A model generated the notes under the pieces. It was not told the DNA's origin. It saw nothing but the letters and a program-made list of their open reading frames with translations, and did no database searches. The position numbers and the translations under genes are program-made. This document shows positions 10,834-20,351 of a stretch of 64,000 bases of DNA, in pieces (position 1 is the stretch's first letter; each line of letters starts with the position of its first letter). The stretch covers positions 13,802 through 77,801 of the forward strand of contig CAYUEN010000004.1 in NCBI GenBank assembly GCA_964443745.1, read 5' to 3'. The stretch comes from an uncultured Campylobacterales bacterium. GTDB taxonomy: Bacteria; Campylobacterota; Campylobacteria; Campylobacterales; QNZT01.

Positions 10834-11623
10834 TCCCCATCTACTGGAAGATATAGAAAATCCCGACCATCCGTCCGACTTCGTACCGGGTGAGGGGTAT
10901 GCGGTATTGGTACTGAGATTGCCCGAAATATCCAAGGATGACATCTCCGCCGTATCGTATGCGTTCGTCGTGGAGGGGGAGAGTTGTTACTGTTTCGACC
11001 GAAAAGGGAAGGAACTGGAGAGGATGGGCGATCTTACCGATCTGGACGATTTTCTCGATGCCAAGACGGAAAAACTGATCAAAGATATACAGCGTTATCA
11101 TTACGAGATCGAGATGTTGGAAGAGTCGCTTTACGAGGAGCGTTTCGGAAACGACTTCATGCAGCGGTGGCTCTCCTACAAAAAAGATGTCTCTCTCATA
11201 CATCGATTGATGTTTCATGCCGCACTTTCGTTCGAACTTTTCATTACGCATCACAAACGCGTGCAAGCCTATCGCTTTGAAGAGCTGGCGTACGCCGATT
11301 TGTACGAACATATGGTTCGGGTTCGCGACCTTGCCAAAGCGGCGATGGAGAAGTTGGATAACCTCTACGACTTCTATCGTGCCAAAGTCGACGAGCGCAT
11401 GAACCGCAATGTCTACTACCTGACGATCATCTCGGGTATATTTTTGCCGTTGACTCTCGCGACAGGCTTTTTCGGGATGAATACCGGCGGGCTTCCTTGG
11501 ACCGACGATCCGTACGGTACGGCCAAAGTGATCGCCATTTCGATTGTGTTGGAGCTTCTTTTTATCCTCCCTTTTATCTTCATAAATAGGCAAAAAATCA
11601 AAAAATTTCAACGAAACCGATAG
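10823..11623 (+). CDS. CorA/ZntB-type divalent-cation transporter
   Basis: C-terminal two TM helices with the GMN motif (GFFGMNTGGLP). Start ambiguous: GTG 10793, TTG 10817 or GTG 10823. I chose 10823, which sits 6 nt after AAAAGG. Confidence 0.8.
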   Translation: MNIDPHLLEDIENPDHPSDFVPGEGYAVLVLRLPEISKDDISAVSYAFVVEGESCYCFDRKGKELERMGDLTDLDDFLDAKTEKLIKDIQRYHYEIEMLEESLYEERFGNDFMQRWLSYKKDVSLIHRLMFHAALSFELFITHHKRVQAYRFEELAYADLYEHMVRVRDLAKAAMEKLDNLYDFYRAKVDERMNRNVYYLTIISGIFLPLTLATGFFGMNTGGLPWTDDPYGTAKVIAISIVLELLFILPFIFINRQKIKKFQRNR

Positions 11624-11709
11624 TTTTACTACTTAAGTAGCAGAAAACTTGAGTGAATTATACTAAAATTCTTTCGTGTAACAAATATTTTGACGAAAGA
11701 AGACAGAAC

Positions 11710-12564
11710 ATGAAAAAATTCATACTCTCGGTAACGACAGCCGCTTTGTTGTGCAGCACGTATGTGATGGCGAAAACTTCTTCGGAAGTTTCGAAACAGG
11801 CGGTTTCGGATGCGAAAGCAAAAGCAAAAAAAAGCGAGGTTCCGGTTATCAAAGGTGCCGTGGAAGCGGTTGTTTTGACACAGAAAGTGCTTGTCGATCT
11901 GGACAAGAACGATACCAAAAGGGCGATCGAAGATCTTGAAGATGCGATCGGCAAACTCGAAGTGGTACTTGCGGCGGAAAAAGCGCCCAAACTGCTGCCG
12001 ATCGACGCAACCGTCACCGCGGTCGAGTATCTTGGCGATGCAAAAGAGATCAAGAAAAATATCGATGCCGTTGAAGATCTACTTGAAGAGGGCAAAGTGC
12101 AGGAGGCGAGAAAACTGCTCGATACACTCCAAAGCGAGATCGATATCGTCAGTGTAAATCTACCGGTGGGCACCTATCCGGATGCGCTGAAACTGGCGGC
12201 GAAATATCTTCATGAAAACAAACCCGAACAAGCAAAGGCGGTTTTGGTCGCAGCGCTCAATACGATGGTAGAGCGGGTGGTGGTTATTCCCATCCCCGTC
12301 CTTAAAGCGGATGCGTTGATCGTCGCGGCAAGCAAGATCGCCAAAGAGGATAAAGAGCAGGCGCTCGAACACCTGGCACAGGCGAAAGCGGAGCTTGAGA
12401 GGGCGAAACTGCTCGGATACACCAGCAAGAGCGAGATAACCTACAAAGCGCTCGATGAAGCGATCGAAAAGACGGAAAAAGAGATAAAAGGTAAAAACAG
12501 AGCCGAAAAACTTTTTGAAGATCTGATCAAGAAGATCAAATCCTTCAAAGAGAATCAATCATAA
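11710..12564 (+). CDS. Secreted helical protein, YfdX-like
   Basis: Signal peptide MKKFILSVTTAALLCSTYVMA and repeated helical modules (KRAIEDLEDAIGKLE, GKVQEARKLLDTLQSEI, NKPEQAKAVLVAAL). The YfdX assignment is by resemblance only. Confidence 0.5.
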   Translation: MKKFILSVTTAALLCSTYVMAKTSSEVSKQAVSDAKAKAKKSEVPVIKGAVEAVVLTQKVLVDLDKNDTKRAIEDLEDAIGKLEVVLAAEKAPKLLPIDATVTAVEYLGDAKEIKKNIDAVEDLLEEGKVQEARKLLDTLQSEIDIVSVNLPVGTYPDALKLAAKYLHENKPEQAKAVLVAALNTMVERVVVIPIPVLKADALIVAASKIAKEDKEQALEHLAQAKAELERAKLLGYTSKSEITYKALDEAIEKTEKEIKGKNRAEKLFEDLIKKIKSFKENQS

Positions 12565-12575
12565 AAGGAGAGTAA

Positions 12576-13022
12576 ATGGCAGTAGTCGGTGCACACAAGA
12601 TAGAAGAGCTGTTCAAAGAAGCGGCCGGATTGCAGATTCATAGAAACAAAGTCAAAGAGATCAGCGATATCGTCGATAAAAAGTTTCACGATCTGCTCTT
12701 GATCGGCGAGGCGAATGCGAAATACAACGGTCGCGATGTCATCTGGTTCAGCGATCTGCCTTTGACCAAAGCGTTTCGTGAATCGATGCGAAAATTCGAA
12801 GAGCTCGATCAAGAGTTGGCTTTGGATGATGTTTTGGAACACATCAAAACCCTTCCGCCGCTCTATACGCTGGAAGTGGAGCTGGAGAAGAGAGTGACCG
12901 CGATCGTCGGAACGCTGGTCTATGTGATGGCCAAAATCGCCAAAGCGTTCTCTACAGACGACAATGTCGTTTCCGAAAAAGAGCTCAAACGCGTGGAAGG
13001 TATATTGGATTTAACGATGTGA
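12576..13022 (+). CDS. DUF1931-like histone-fold doublet protein
   Basis: 148 aa, strong SD (AAGGAGAGTAA-ATG) 11 nt after the yfdX-like stop. Two helix-strand-helix halves, as in pseudo-dimeric histone-fold proteins. Family call from memory. Confidence 0.45.
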   Translation: MAVVGAHKIEELFKEAAGLQIHRNKVKEISDIVDKKFHDLLLIGEANAKYNGRDVIWFSDLPLTKAFRESMRKFEELDQELALDDVLEHIKTLPPLYTLEVELEKRVTAIVGTLVYVMAKIAKAFSTDDNVVSEKELKRVEGILDLTM

Positions 13023-13370
13023 GTCGTATCCGTCGGATTGCCGGTTCGTATCCTTCGGTTCGTGGAAGAGCCACCCAAGAAGGCCGAATCCGAAAAGGAG
13101 GTTGAACCAACTTCCCTCCCCCAAAACCGCTTCGATACCTTTGTAGAGGTAGGATTCTCCCAAAGAGCCGGCATGTCGTGAAGCCTCTTGCGCCCAGGTT
13201 CCGATCGCATCTCCCCAGATGAAAGCGACCACTTCCGGCAGTATGAAAAAGAGCACCACGCCCGTTACGCCCCAGAAGGTTTTTGCCGGTTTCAGCGAAC
13301 GCAGCGCCTCTTTGGCCGCGGGATGGGCGGCGACTCTTTTTGCCTTGAGGCGGAACTTCTCTTTGATCAT
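13011..13370 (-). CDS. Small hypothetical membrane protein
   Basis: 119 aa with two hydrophobic helices (FWGVTGVVLFFILPEVVAFIW, WFNLLFGFGLLGWLF). Lies directly downstream of the FAD oxidoreductase gene. Confidence 0.5.
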   Translation of the reverse strand: MIKEKFRLKAKRVAAHPAAKEALRSLKPAKTFWGVTGVVLFFILPEVVAFIWGDAIGTWAQEASRHAGSLGESYLYKGIEAVLGEGSWFNLLFGFGLLGWLFHEPKDTNRQSDGYDSHR

Positions 13371-13402
13371 GACTCCTTTGAAGGGGAATGCGCCATTTTA
13401 TC

Positions 13403-14647
13403 TCAGCACCCCTGATAAAATCCGCTGAAGAGGAGAATATCGTCGTTTTGAGCGTTCGTCTGGTCTTTGAGGATCAGGTCGGTCGTTATCTGTGCGATCG
13501 CGGGGGCGAACGTGATTCCCAGCCATCCCAGCCCGGTGGCGTAGAGAAGATTGCGGTAGCGTTCGTCTCTGCCGATCAGAGGCATATCGTCGGGAGGGAG
13601 AGGACGGTTTCCCGCCCACGGTCTGGCGTTTTCGAGTTCGAAATCGATCGTGTACGCCTTGAGCGTGCGCAGGATTTTCTCCACTCTTTTGGGATGGGGA
13701 ATCTGATCCGGCACGTTCAACTCCAGTTTGCTCGTGATTCGGACGTCTTTCGCGCGCGGGGAGATGATGGTGAAGATGTCGTAGAACATCGTCGCCGTTT
13801 TGGGTTTGAGTTTTTCATCCATTTTGAAAGTGAGGCTGTATCCTTTGGCGGGTATCATCATCAGATCTCTGCCGATCGATTCGGCCAGAGCGGTATCGGC
13901 TCCGGTGGCCATCACAAAAAGATCCGCCTCGTAGCTTCTATGCTGCGAGACCGCCGCTTTGATTTCGCTTCCTTCCGTCTCAAAGGTCTCGATTCTTTCG
14001 TTCAAGACGAACTCCACCCCCTTTTGACGCAGCGTATATTTGAGCGACTCCATCAACGACCCGGGATCGAGATGGCCGTTTCGTTTCAGGAGTATCGCAC
14101 CCGCGATCTTTTCGCTTCTGGCAACGGGGACGTAACTTTGTATCTCTTGAGTGGAGAGGATATGGTAGTGGGGTGAGCGTTCCGCGTCCGGCAGTCTCAT
14201 CCGATAACTCTCCTCCTCGGTAAAGAGCAGCAGCAACCCGTCACGGTGGATTTCGAAAATCACCCCGTCCTCCTGCAGCGTTTCGTATCCTTTCATCGCC
14301 ATCTCCCCATATTTTTCGAAGAGAACCAGCGTTTTTTTCAGCCGCTCCCTGTTGGCGTTTTTGACGAATTTCCAAAGCCATTCGTAGAGTTTCGGATCGA
14401 GTGAAGGGTGAAGGATCAGCGGTGATTTCCCTGCGATCATGAGCTTGAGCGTGGAGGATACGACTCCCGGATAGGAGAGGGGGTACTTTTCGAAAGGAGA
14501 GAGGAGTCCGGCGTTTCCGAAAGAGGTGTTGGTCGTGATGTCGGATTGGTCGATCACCGTAATCTTGAAACCCTCTTTTCGCAGGTAGTGCGCATGCATC
14601 AAGCCGATGATTCCGCCTCCAACGATGCAGATACTCTCCTTTCCCAT
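13403..14647 (-). CDS. FAD-dependent oxidoreductase (DadA/DAO-like)
   Basis: Start re-called at ATG 14647 (MGKESICIVGGGIIGLMHAHYL, GxGxxG), preceded by AGGATGGAGA. The track extension to 14905 would run through the divergent radical SAM gene. Confidence 0.8.
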   Translation of the reverse strand: MGKESICIVGGGIIGLMHAHYLRKEGFKITVIDQSDITTNTSFGNAGLLSPFEKYPLSYPGVVSSTLKLMIAGKSPLILHPSLDPKLYEWLWKFVKNANRERLKKTLVLFEKYGEMAMKGYETLQEDGVIFEIHRDGLLLLFTEEESYRMRLPDAERSPHYHILSTQEIQSYVPVARSEKIAGAILLKRNGHLDPGSLMESLKYTLRQKGVEFVLNERIETFETEGSEIKAAVSQHRSYEADLFVMATGADTALAESIGRDLMMIPAKGYSLTFKMDEKLKPKTATMFYDIFTIISPRAKDVRITSKLELNVPDQIPHPKRVEKILRTLKAYTIDFELENARPWAGNRPLPPDDMPLIGRDERYRNLLYATGLGWLGITFAPAIAQITTDLILKDQTNAQNDDILLFSGFYQGC

Positions 14648-14758
14648 TCTCCATCCTTTCGTTTCTTTGTTTACATGATAGCAAATCTTGGTTACGGATC
14701 CGTCGGAAAATTGAGACGAGGTGGAGTATAATGGACAAAATTTCCCAAAAGGTGCGGT

Positions 14759-15667
14759 ATGTATCGATATCTTTTCGGTCCGATCAACTCTCGGCGTTTC
14801 GGACTCTCGCTGGGCATAGACCTGAGTCCGGAGGGCAAATCGTGCAATTTCGACTGTCTTTATTGCGAACTCGCTCCGGCGCCGCCGACCGATCGTATCG
14901 CCCATCCGCCGCCTGTGGAGGCGATCGTTTCGGAGACGGAAGATGCGATGAAAAAGTTCGGCGATTTGGATGTGATCACGATCACCGCAAACGGAGAACC
15001 GACGCTTTATGAGGATCTGGAGAGACTCATAGAGCGTCTCAACGAAATCAAGAGAGAAAAGAGACTCCTCATTCTCTCCAACGCTTCACGCATCGCAGAG
15101 CCGCATATCAGACGGACACTCGCCAAAATCGACATCGTCAAACTCTCCCTCGACTGTGCGACACAGAGGTGTTTTAAAAAAATAGACCGGCCGCTTGGCC
15201 GGATGGATATCGCCGAAATTATCGAAGGCATGGAGCGATTCAGAGAGGAGTATGAAGGCAGATTGATCATAGAAACGCTCGTGGTGCGAGGAATCAACGA
15301 CAAAGAGCGGGAGATGGAGAAGCTCGCCGACGTATTGAAACGGATCCGCCCGGATCGGATCGATCTGGGTACGATCGACAGACCGCCCGCCTACAGGGTC
15401 GAACCCGTATCGACCCGGAGACTTTATGAATTGGCTTCCCATCTTGGGGGGCTTCCGGTTTCTATCGTCCACAAGGAGGAGTCCGCGAAACGGATCGATT
15501 TTAGCGAAGAGGAGATTCTCGCTACCCTCAAAAGACGACCTCAAAGCGGTTTCGATATCGACTATCTCTTTAGCGAAGCGGCGAAAAAGCGGTTAAAACG
15601 GCTTATGAAAGAGGGAAAAGTACGAAAAAAAGAGATTGCGGGGGTGAGTTTTTTCATCCCCGCATAA
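14759..15667 (+). CDS. Radical SAM protein
   Basis: CNFDCLYC (CxxxCxxC) near the N-terminus after FGPINSRRFGLSLGIDL. Confidence 0.8.
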   Translation: MYRYLFGPINSRRFGLSLGIDLSPEGKSCNFDCLYCELAPAPPTDRIAHPPPVEAIVSETEDAMKKFGDLDVITITANGEPTLYEDLERLIERLNEIKREKRLLILSNASRIAEPHIRRTLAKIDIVKLSLDCATQRCFKKIDRPLGRMDIAEIIEGMERFREEYEGRLIIETLVVRGINDKEREMEKLADVLKRIRPDRIDLGTIDRPPAYRVEPVSTRRLYELASHLGGLPVSIVHKEESAKRIDFSEEEILATLKRRPQSGFDIDYLFSEAAKKRLKRLMKEGKVRKKEIAGVSFFIPA

Positions 15668-15682
15668 ATCGGCACGGGGGAA

Positions 15683-16222
15683 TCAGAAAGCGAATTCCCC
15701 TTTCGGCGAGACAAGACCGATCAACTTCGCTTCCGCGAGTATATGCCCTTCCATCGCGGCGATCACCTCCGCTTTGGTCCGGGGTGAATCGGGAAGATGG
15801 GGAATATCGAGTGCGAAAAGTCTGAAGGTGTAGTGATGCAAACCGCTCCCTTTCGGCGGACATGGCGGAACGTAGTGGGCTTTTCCGTCGCTGGCTTCGG
15901 CCATTTTGGCTCCTGCGGGGATGATTCCGCCGATGATACCGGGGGTATCGGCGGGCAGATCGTAGATGATCCAGTGATCATAGACGCCTCCGACCGCATC
16001 CGGATCGTCCATGATCATCACGAAACTCCGTGTTCCTTCGGGAGCTTGGCTCCATGCTAGAGGGATGGGCTCTCCCTCTCCAAAACATGTATAGACTTCC
16101 GGAATCGGTGTGTTGTTTACAAATGCACTGCTTCGAAACTGCATCGTATCTCCTTTCGCAAATAGTGTAGGTAAGAAAAACAGCGTACACGATAAAATAA
16201 AAACCAGACTCTTTCGCATCAT
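15683..16222 (-). CDS. YbhB/YbcL-family (PEBP / Raf-kinase-inhibitor-like) periplasmic protein
   Basis: Signal peptide, then DPDAVGGVYDHWIIYDLP and PPCPPKGSGLHHYTFRLFALD. Confidence 0.85.
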   Translation of the reverse strand: MMRKSLVFILSCTLFFLPTLFAKGDTMQFRSSAFVNNTPIPEVYTCFGEGEPIPLAWSQAPEGTRSFVMIMDDPDAVGGVYDHWIIYDLPADTPGIIGGIIPAGAKMAEASDGKAHYVPPCPPKGSGLHHYTFRLFALDIPHLPDSPRTKAEVIAAMEGHILAEAKLIGLVSPKGEFAF

Positions 16223-16235
16223 AATGGACTCCTTC

Positions 16236-16955
16236 CTATTTGATGGCCAAAAATCCCTCGAAAGGGATATGTTTCATAACCGTCGTCATATCCGTGAAAC
16301 CGGCACGTGAGAGAAGATCGAGATTGCCTTGCGTGGAGAAAGGCTCCAGTACCCCTTTGAGGCTTTGGGATTTGTTGAGTATCTCTTCGGCGCTGTAGCC
16401 CTGCTCCAGTTTGTAGTCGGTATAGATCGAAGTGAAGATATCCTGAAACCGTGCGTCCGGTCCCCGTACCTTTTCGAACATGATAAACGCCCCGCCCCAC
16501 TGGAGCGCTTCGTAGATTCGGTCGATCAACCGCTGCCTTTGGGAGGGGCGAATGAATTGGATCGTGTAGTAGGAGACGATCAGATCGGCTTTTTCGAAGT
16601 CGAAAACATTGATGTCTTCCTGAATGAAATCGAGATTTTCACTTCGGTAGGTGCGTATTGCCTTACGTACCATCTCCTCTTCTATCTCGATTCCCGTGAA
16701 GCGGGTGTTTTTTCGAAAGGCATGACGGGTGGCCAGACGATAACTCAAAAGTCCGGTCGACGCACCGATTTCATACACCTGCGATCCGTCCTTCACGAAA
16801 AAGTCGCTCAGTTTGCAGATGAGGTGGTGGCCTTCGTCGTAGAGGGGGACGGATCGACGGATGTGCGTTTCGAAATGTTCGCTCACGCTTCCGTCGAATC
16901 GCCACCCCGCCGTCTTGGCACTGATGCCGTCTCCGCTCGGTTTTTTGGTTTCCAT
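16236..16955 (-). CDS. cmoA: Class I SAM-dependent methyltransferase, CmoA-like (carboxy-SAM synthase family)
   Basis: WRFDGSVSEHFETHIRRSVPLYDEG, VYEIGASTG and YYTIQFIRPSQRQRLIDRIYEAL are colinear with E. coli CmoA as I remember it. Confidence 0.65.
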   Translation of the reverse strand: METKKPSGDGISAKTAGWRFDGSVSEHFETHIRRSVPLYDEGHHLICKLSDFFVKDGSQVYEIGASTGLLSYRLATRHAFRKNTRFTGIEIEEEMVRKAIRTYRSENLDFIQEDINVFDFEKADLIVSYYTIQFIRPSQRQRLIDRIYEALQWGGAFIMFEKVRGPDARFQDIFTSIYTDYKLEQGYSAEEILNKSQSLKGVLEPFSTQGNLDLLSRAGFTDMTTVMKHIPFEGFLAIK

Positions 16956-16975
16956 AAAGATATTATACCAAAATT

Positions 16976-17644
16976 TCAGGATGGAGGGCGGGAGAGGGTG
17001 ATATTGTCCAGATAGTCGTCACCCCCCTCGAAAAAGAAAAATTCGACAGCGGTGATGTTGTTGTCGGGTTCGAATGAATGCAACCACGCATTCAGGTCGA
17101 AATGCAGATGCTGCCAGACGTCGGGATGTTCGACATACTCCATACTGAGAGGGAAAGTATACTCGATGATGTCTGAAAAAACTTTTTTCTCCGCAGGGTA
17201 GTTGTTTTTGTCGTACCATGTCGAAAAGACGAGTCGTCTGGGTCCTTTCGCCGTTTTCACCTCAACGCCACAGTCGAAGCAGTAGAGCATTTCGTCGGGA
17301 CTGATATGCTTTTTTTTGTCGAAATCGAGAATTGTCCGAAGCGTATCATGCCAGTAACTTCCGTCCGGTAACAGCAGTTTGTAGCCCGCTTCGTTGGTGT
17401 AGTTTCCGTCAGGCTGTTTGACCCAGTTTTGGCGTAAGTAGATGGAGCGGCCGCTTCCGTTCGCTCCCCCTTCCACATTTTCGGCGTCGTATGGACACTT
17501 TTCGTAACGCTCCCACCGTTTGGTCGATCCATCTTCTCCATTTTCATAGACTTTGACGACGGCGTATTCGGAGGATACGCCACCCCCTCCGCATCCGGCC
17601 AGAATAAGGATGGAAAAAAGAAAGAGCGGGATCGTATATTTCAT
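16976..17644 (-). CDS. Hypothetical lipoprotein
   Basis: Lipobox LILAGC followed by GGGG. I recognised no family. Confidence 0.55.
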   Translation of the reverse strand: MKYTIPLFLFSILILAGCGGGGVSSEYAVVKVYENGEDGSTKRWERYEKCPYDAENVEGGANGSGRSIYLRQNWVKQPDGNYTNEAGYKLLLPDGSYWHDTLRTILDFDKKKHISPDEMLYCFDCGVEVKTAKGPRRLVFSTWYDKNNYPAEKKVFSDIIEYTFPLSMEYVEHPDVWQHLHFDLNAWLHSFEPDNNITAVEFFFFEGGDDYLDNITLSRPPS

Positions 17645-17782
17645 TGGACAACTCCTTTGTAAATTATAGAAATATCGTCTTTTTGAACAAAAAAATGAGT
17701 GAGACAGAAAGAATCGTCCACTCTCATTGTTTTTTCATCATCGGTATGCCATACTGTTCGCTATCGAAAAAGGAGTGAGAAA

Positions 17783-18379
17783 GTGACAGAAGGATATGCG
17801 TTTATAGACAGTGGAAGGTACGAAGTGAACGAAATGTATTGGGAGGTGATGGAGCGTCCCGAAAAGATGGATGGGGGTGCGAAAGTGGCAGCTCTCAGGA
17901 AGATCATCGAGAAAGACCCCGATTTTTTCGATCCCTATATCGCACTTTACGAGCACTATCTCTCGATCGGGGATACCGAAAGTGCGGCGGATATCCTCAA
18001 CGAAGGATTTGGACGTGCGATGGCTTTGGTCAGCAAAGGGGGGAAATTTCCGGATTTCATGCCTTGGGAAGCGTTGGGAAACCGACATATCATCCGGATG
18101 ATCTACAATTTTTCGACACTTTTGTGGCTGGTGGGTAGGACGAAAGAAGCCAAAGAGTTGTTGCAAAAACTACTCCGAGCCGATCCGGAAGACCATATTG
18201 GCGCCAGATTCGCGATTGCGGCGATAGAAGAGGGGTACGAATCGCTCTATGCATTCGAGATGGAATTTTCTTCCAAAGAAGGATCTGGAATCGATCCGGA
18301 AGCGATGGAAGTTTGGTATCGTAGTCGGGATGGAGGATACGGGGTACCATTGGGCGGTCATTTACGAAAAAGGATATAG
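17783..18379 (+). CDS. Hypothetical helical (TPR-like) protein
   Basis: GTG 17783 preceded by AAAGGAG. Helical repeat character (LLWLVGRTKEAKELLQKLLRADPEDHIGARF). The track ORF starts at 17699. Confidence 0.45.
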   Translation: MTEGYAFIDSGRYEVNEMYWEVMERPEKMDGGAKVAALRKIIEKDPDFFDPYIALYEHYLSIGDTESAADILNEGFGRAMALVSKGGKFPDFMPWEALGNRHIIRMIYNFSTLLWLVGRTKEAKELLQKLLRADPEDHIGARFAIAAIEEGYESLYAFEMEFSSKEGSGIDPEAMEVWYRSRDGGYGVPLGGHLRKRI

Positions 18380-18442
18380 ACGAAGCTTTGAAATATCTCT
18401 CATAAGAGCCGATATAGAGAAAAAGCTTCCAAAGGGTACGGT

Positions 18443-19075
18443 GTGTACAAATGCCAAAATTGCGGTGCGCCTCTGAAAGGGGTGGTGTGCCCCTACTGTG
18501 GTGTCCGCAATGAAATCGACCTGAAAAAACGCTATGAAATCCACAAAAAGAGTGAGCGGGTTTGTCCCAACTGTGACGTTTTTCTCGATACGGTGAGAGT
18601 GAGTGGAGCGGATCGTCTCTATATCGAGCGGTGCCGGCATTGTTTTGGTATTTTTCTCGACTATGGGGAGATAGAAGCGATCATGGAGCGGGAAATCGTC
18701 AAAAGTGAAAAACGTGACGATACACAGTTGCGTGAAATTCTCGACCATCCGCTAAGTCGAGAAAAAGAGATCAGATACAAAAAATGTCCCCAGTGCCGTA
18801 AAATGATGTCCCGCATCAATTATCGGCAGCGAAGTGGTGTCATTATCGATCGATGCAAAGATTGTGGTTATTGGCTCGATGGCGGAGAGTTGCGACAGAT
18901 CATGGAGTGGGCCAAACTTTCGAGTACGCGGGAATTTACACCTTTGATCTTGAAAGAGGAGATTTCTTTTGCCACGCCCGGAAGAAGACGAAGCGAATCG
19001 TACCGTTTCGACGGTGGTGAAGATGGTGTCGGATTTTTTGTGGAAGGGTTGATGCGCTGGCTTTACGGTCTATAA
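18443..19075 (+). CDS. Triple zinc-ribbon protein (zf-TFIIB-like ribbons)
   Basis: Three CxxC...CxxC pairs (CQNC..CPYC; CPNC..CRHC; CPQC..CKDC). The last two are followed by FLDYGEIE and WLDGGELR. Confidence 0.55.
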   Translation: MYKCQNCGAPLKGVVCPYCGVRNEIDLKKRYEIHKKSERVCPNCDVFLDTVRVSGADRLYIERCRHCFGIFLDYGEIEAIMEREIVKSEKRDDTQLREILDHPLSREKEIRYKKCPQCRKMMSRINYRQRSGVIIDRCKDCGYWLDGGELRQIMEWAKLSSTREFTPLILKEEISFATPGRRRSESYRFDGGEDGVGFFVEGLMRWLYGL

Positions 19076-19093
19076 GAAGGTAGGAGAAAAGAG

Positions 19094-20299
19094 GTGGAAA
19101 ACAGAAGCGATTTTCTGATTATAGGCGCCGGAATCATCGGGATGGCGGTCGCGAGGGCGCTTCTTCGCAAGGATCCCTCCCTCAAGATCACCATTCTCGA
19201 AAAAGAGCGAGATGTCGCGCTCCATAGCAGCGGGCGCAACAGCGGTGTACTTCATGCCGGATTCTACTACACGGCCGACTCCCTCAAAGCGAAATTCACC
19301 AGAGACGGAAACCGAGCCTTGCGCCGATATTGCGAAGAGAATCGGCTGGGAATCAACCGCTGCGGAAAGGTCGTCGTCGCGAAGGACGAAAACGAACGCG
19401 AAGCGCTGCACGAACTGAAAAGAAGAGGAGAGCGCAACGGCGTGAACGTCGCCCTGATCGACGAAAAAAGACTCAAACGAATCGATCCGAACGTCAAAAC
19501 CTACAAAGAAGCGCTTCACTCTCCCGATACGGCCACCGTCGATCCGGTGGAGGTTTGCCGTTTCCTCAAAAGCGAGTTGGTCGAAAAAGGGGTCGATTTC
19601 CGCTTCGGAGAGGGGTATCTTCGGAGGGTGGATATCCATAGCGTCGAAAGCCGAAACGCAAGAACGTATCGGGCGCGGATGATCGTCAACTGTGCCGGAT
19701 TGTATGCCGACAAGATCGCCAAAGAGTTCGGTTTTTCGCAAAACTACGTCATCGTCCCCTTCAAGGGGATCTATCTCAAATACGGAGGCGATCGAAAACC
19801 GGTCAGAACCAACGTCTATCCGGTGCCCGATCTGAAAAATCCGTTTCTCGGCGTTCACTACACCGTGACGGCGGATGGAACGATCAAGATCGGTCCCACC
19901 GCGATTCCGGCCTTCTGGCGCGAAAACTACCGCGGCTTGGAGCGTTTTTCGTTCGAAGAGATGAAAGAGATCCTGAAATACGAAACGAAACTTTTCGTCA
20001 CCAACGCCTTCAATTTCAGATCTCTCGCTTTCGAGGAGATGCGAAAATACCGTAAGCGCCACTTCGTCTCTTTGGCTGCGAAGATGGTCGAATCGATCGA
20101 CACCGCGGGATTCGACGAATGGAGCAGGCCGGGTATTCGCGCCCAACTCCTCGATATCCGATCGCTGGAACTGTTGCAGGATTTCGTGGTGGAAGGGGAT
20201 CGAAATTCCGTCCATATACTCAACGCCGTCAGTCCGGCGTTTACCGGCGCGTTTCCCTTTTGCGAATGGATCGTGGAGCGATATCTCGATATCCCGTGA
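19094..20299 (+). CDS. lhgO: L-2-hydroxyglutarate oxidase (FAD-dependent)
   Basis: DFLIIGAGIIGMAVA, SSGRNSGVLHAGFYY, VPFKGIYL, FLGVHYT and NAVSPAFTG are colinear with LhgO. Confidence 0.8.
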   Translation: MENRSDFLIIGAGIIGMAVARALLRKDPSLKITILEKERDVALHSSGRNSGVLHAGFYYTADSLKAKFTRDGNRALRRYCEENRLGINRCGKVVVAKDENEREALHELKRRGERNGVNVALIDEKRLKRIDPNVKTYKEALHSPDTATVDPVEVCRFLKSELVEKGVDFRFGEGYLRRVDIHSVESRNARTYRARMIVNCAGLYADKIAKEFGFSQNYVIVPFKGIYLKYGGDRKPVRTNVYPVPDLKNPFLGVHYTVTADGTIKIGPTAIPAFWRENYRGLERFSFEEMKEILKYETKLFVTNAFNFRSLAFEEMRKYRKRHFVSLAAKMVESIDTAGFDEWSRPGIRAQLLDIRSLELLQDFVVEGDRNSVHILNAVSPAFTGAFPFCEWIVERYLDIP

Positions 20300-20351
20300 C
20301 CGTAATGGAAGATACGCTACAATACCTATAACGTACGAAGAAGGAGCGGGG

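Noticed and set aside
13403-14905. N-terminal extensions of track ORFs (here 500 aa versus my 415 aa). The same applies to 25605, 27489, 28327, 33912, 41441, 43485, 47421, 53114, 53503 and 58919.
   Set aside because: The extensions lack homology, run through neighbouring genes or promoters, and an internal ATG/GTG with a good SD coincides with the onset of the signal peptide or conserved domain.
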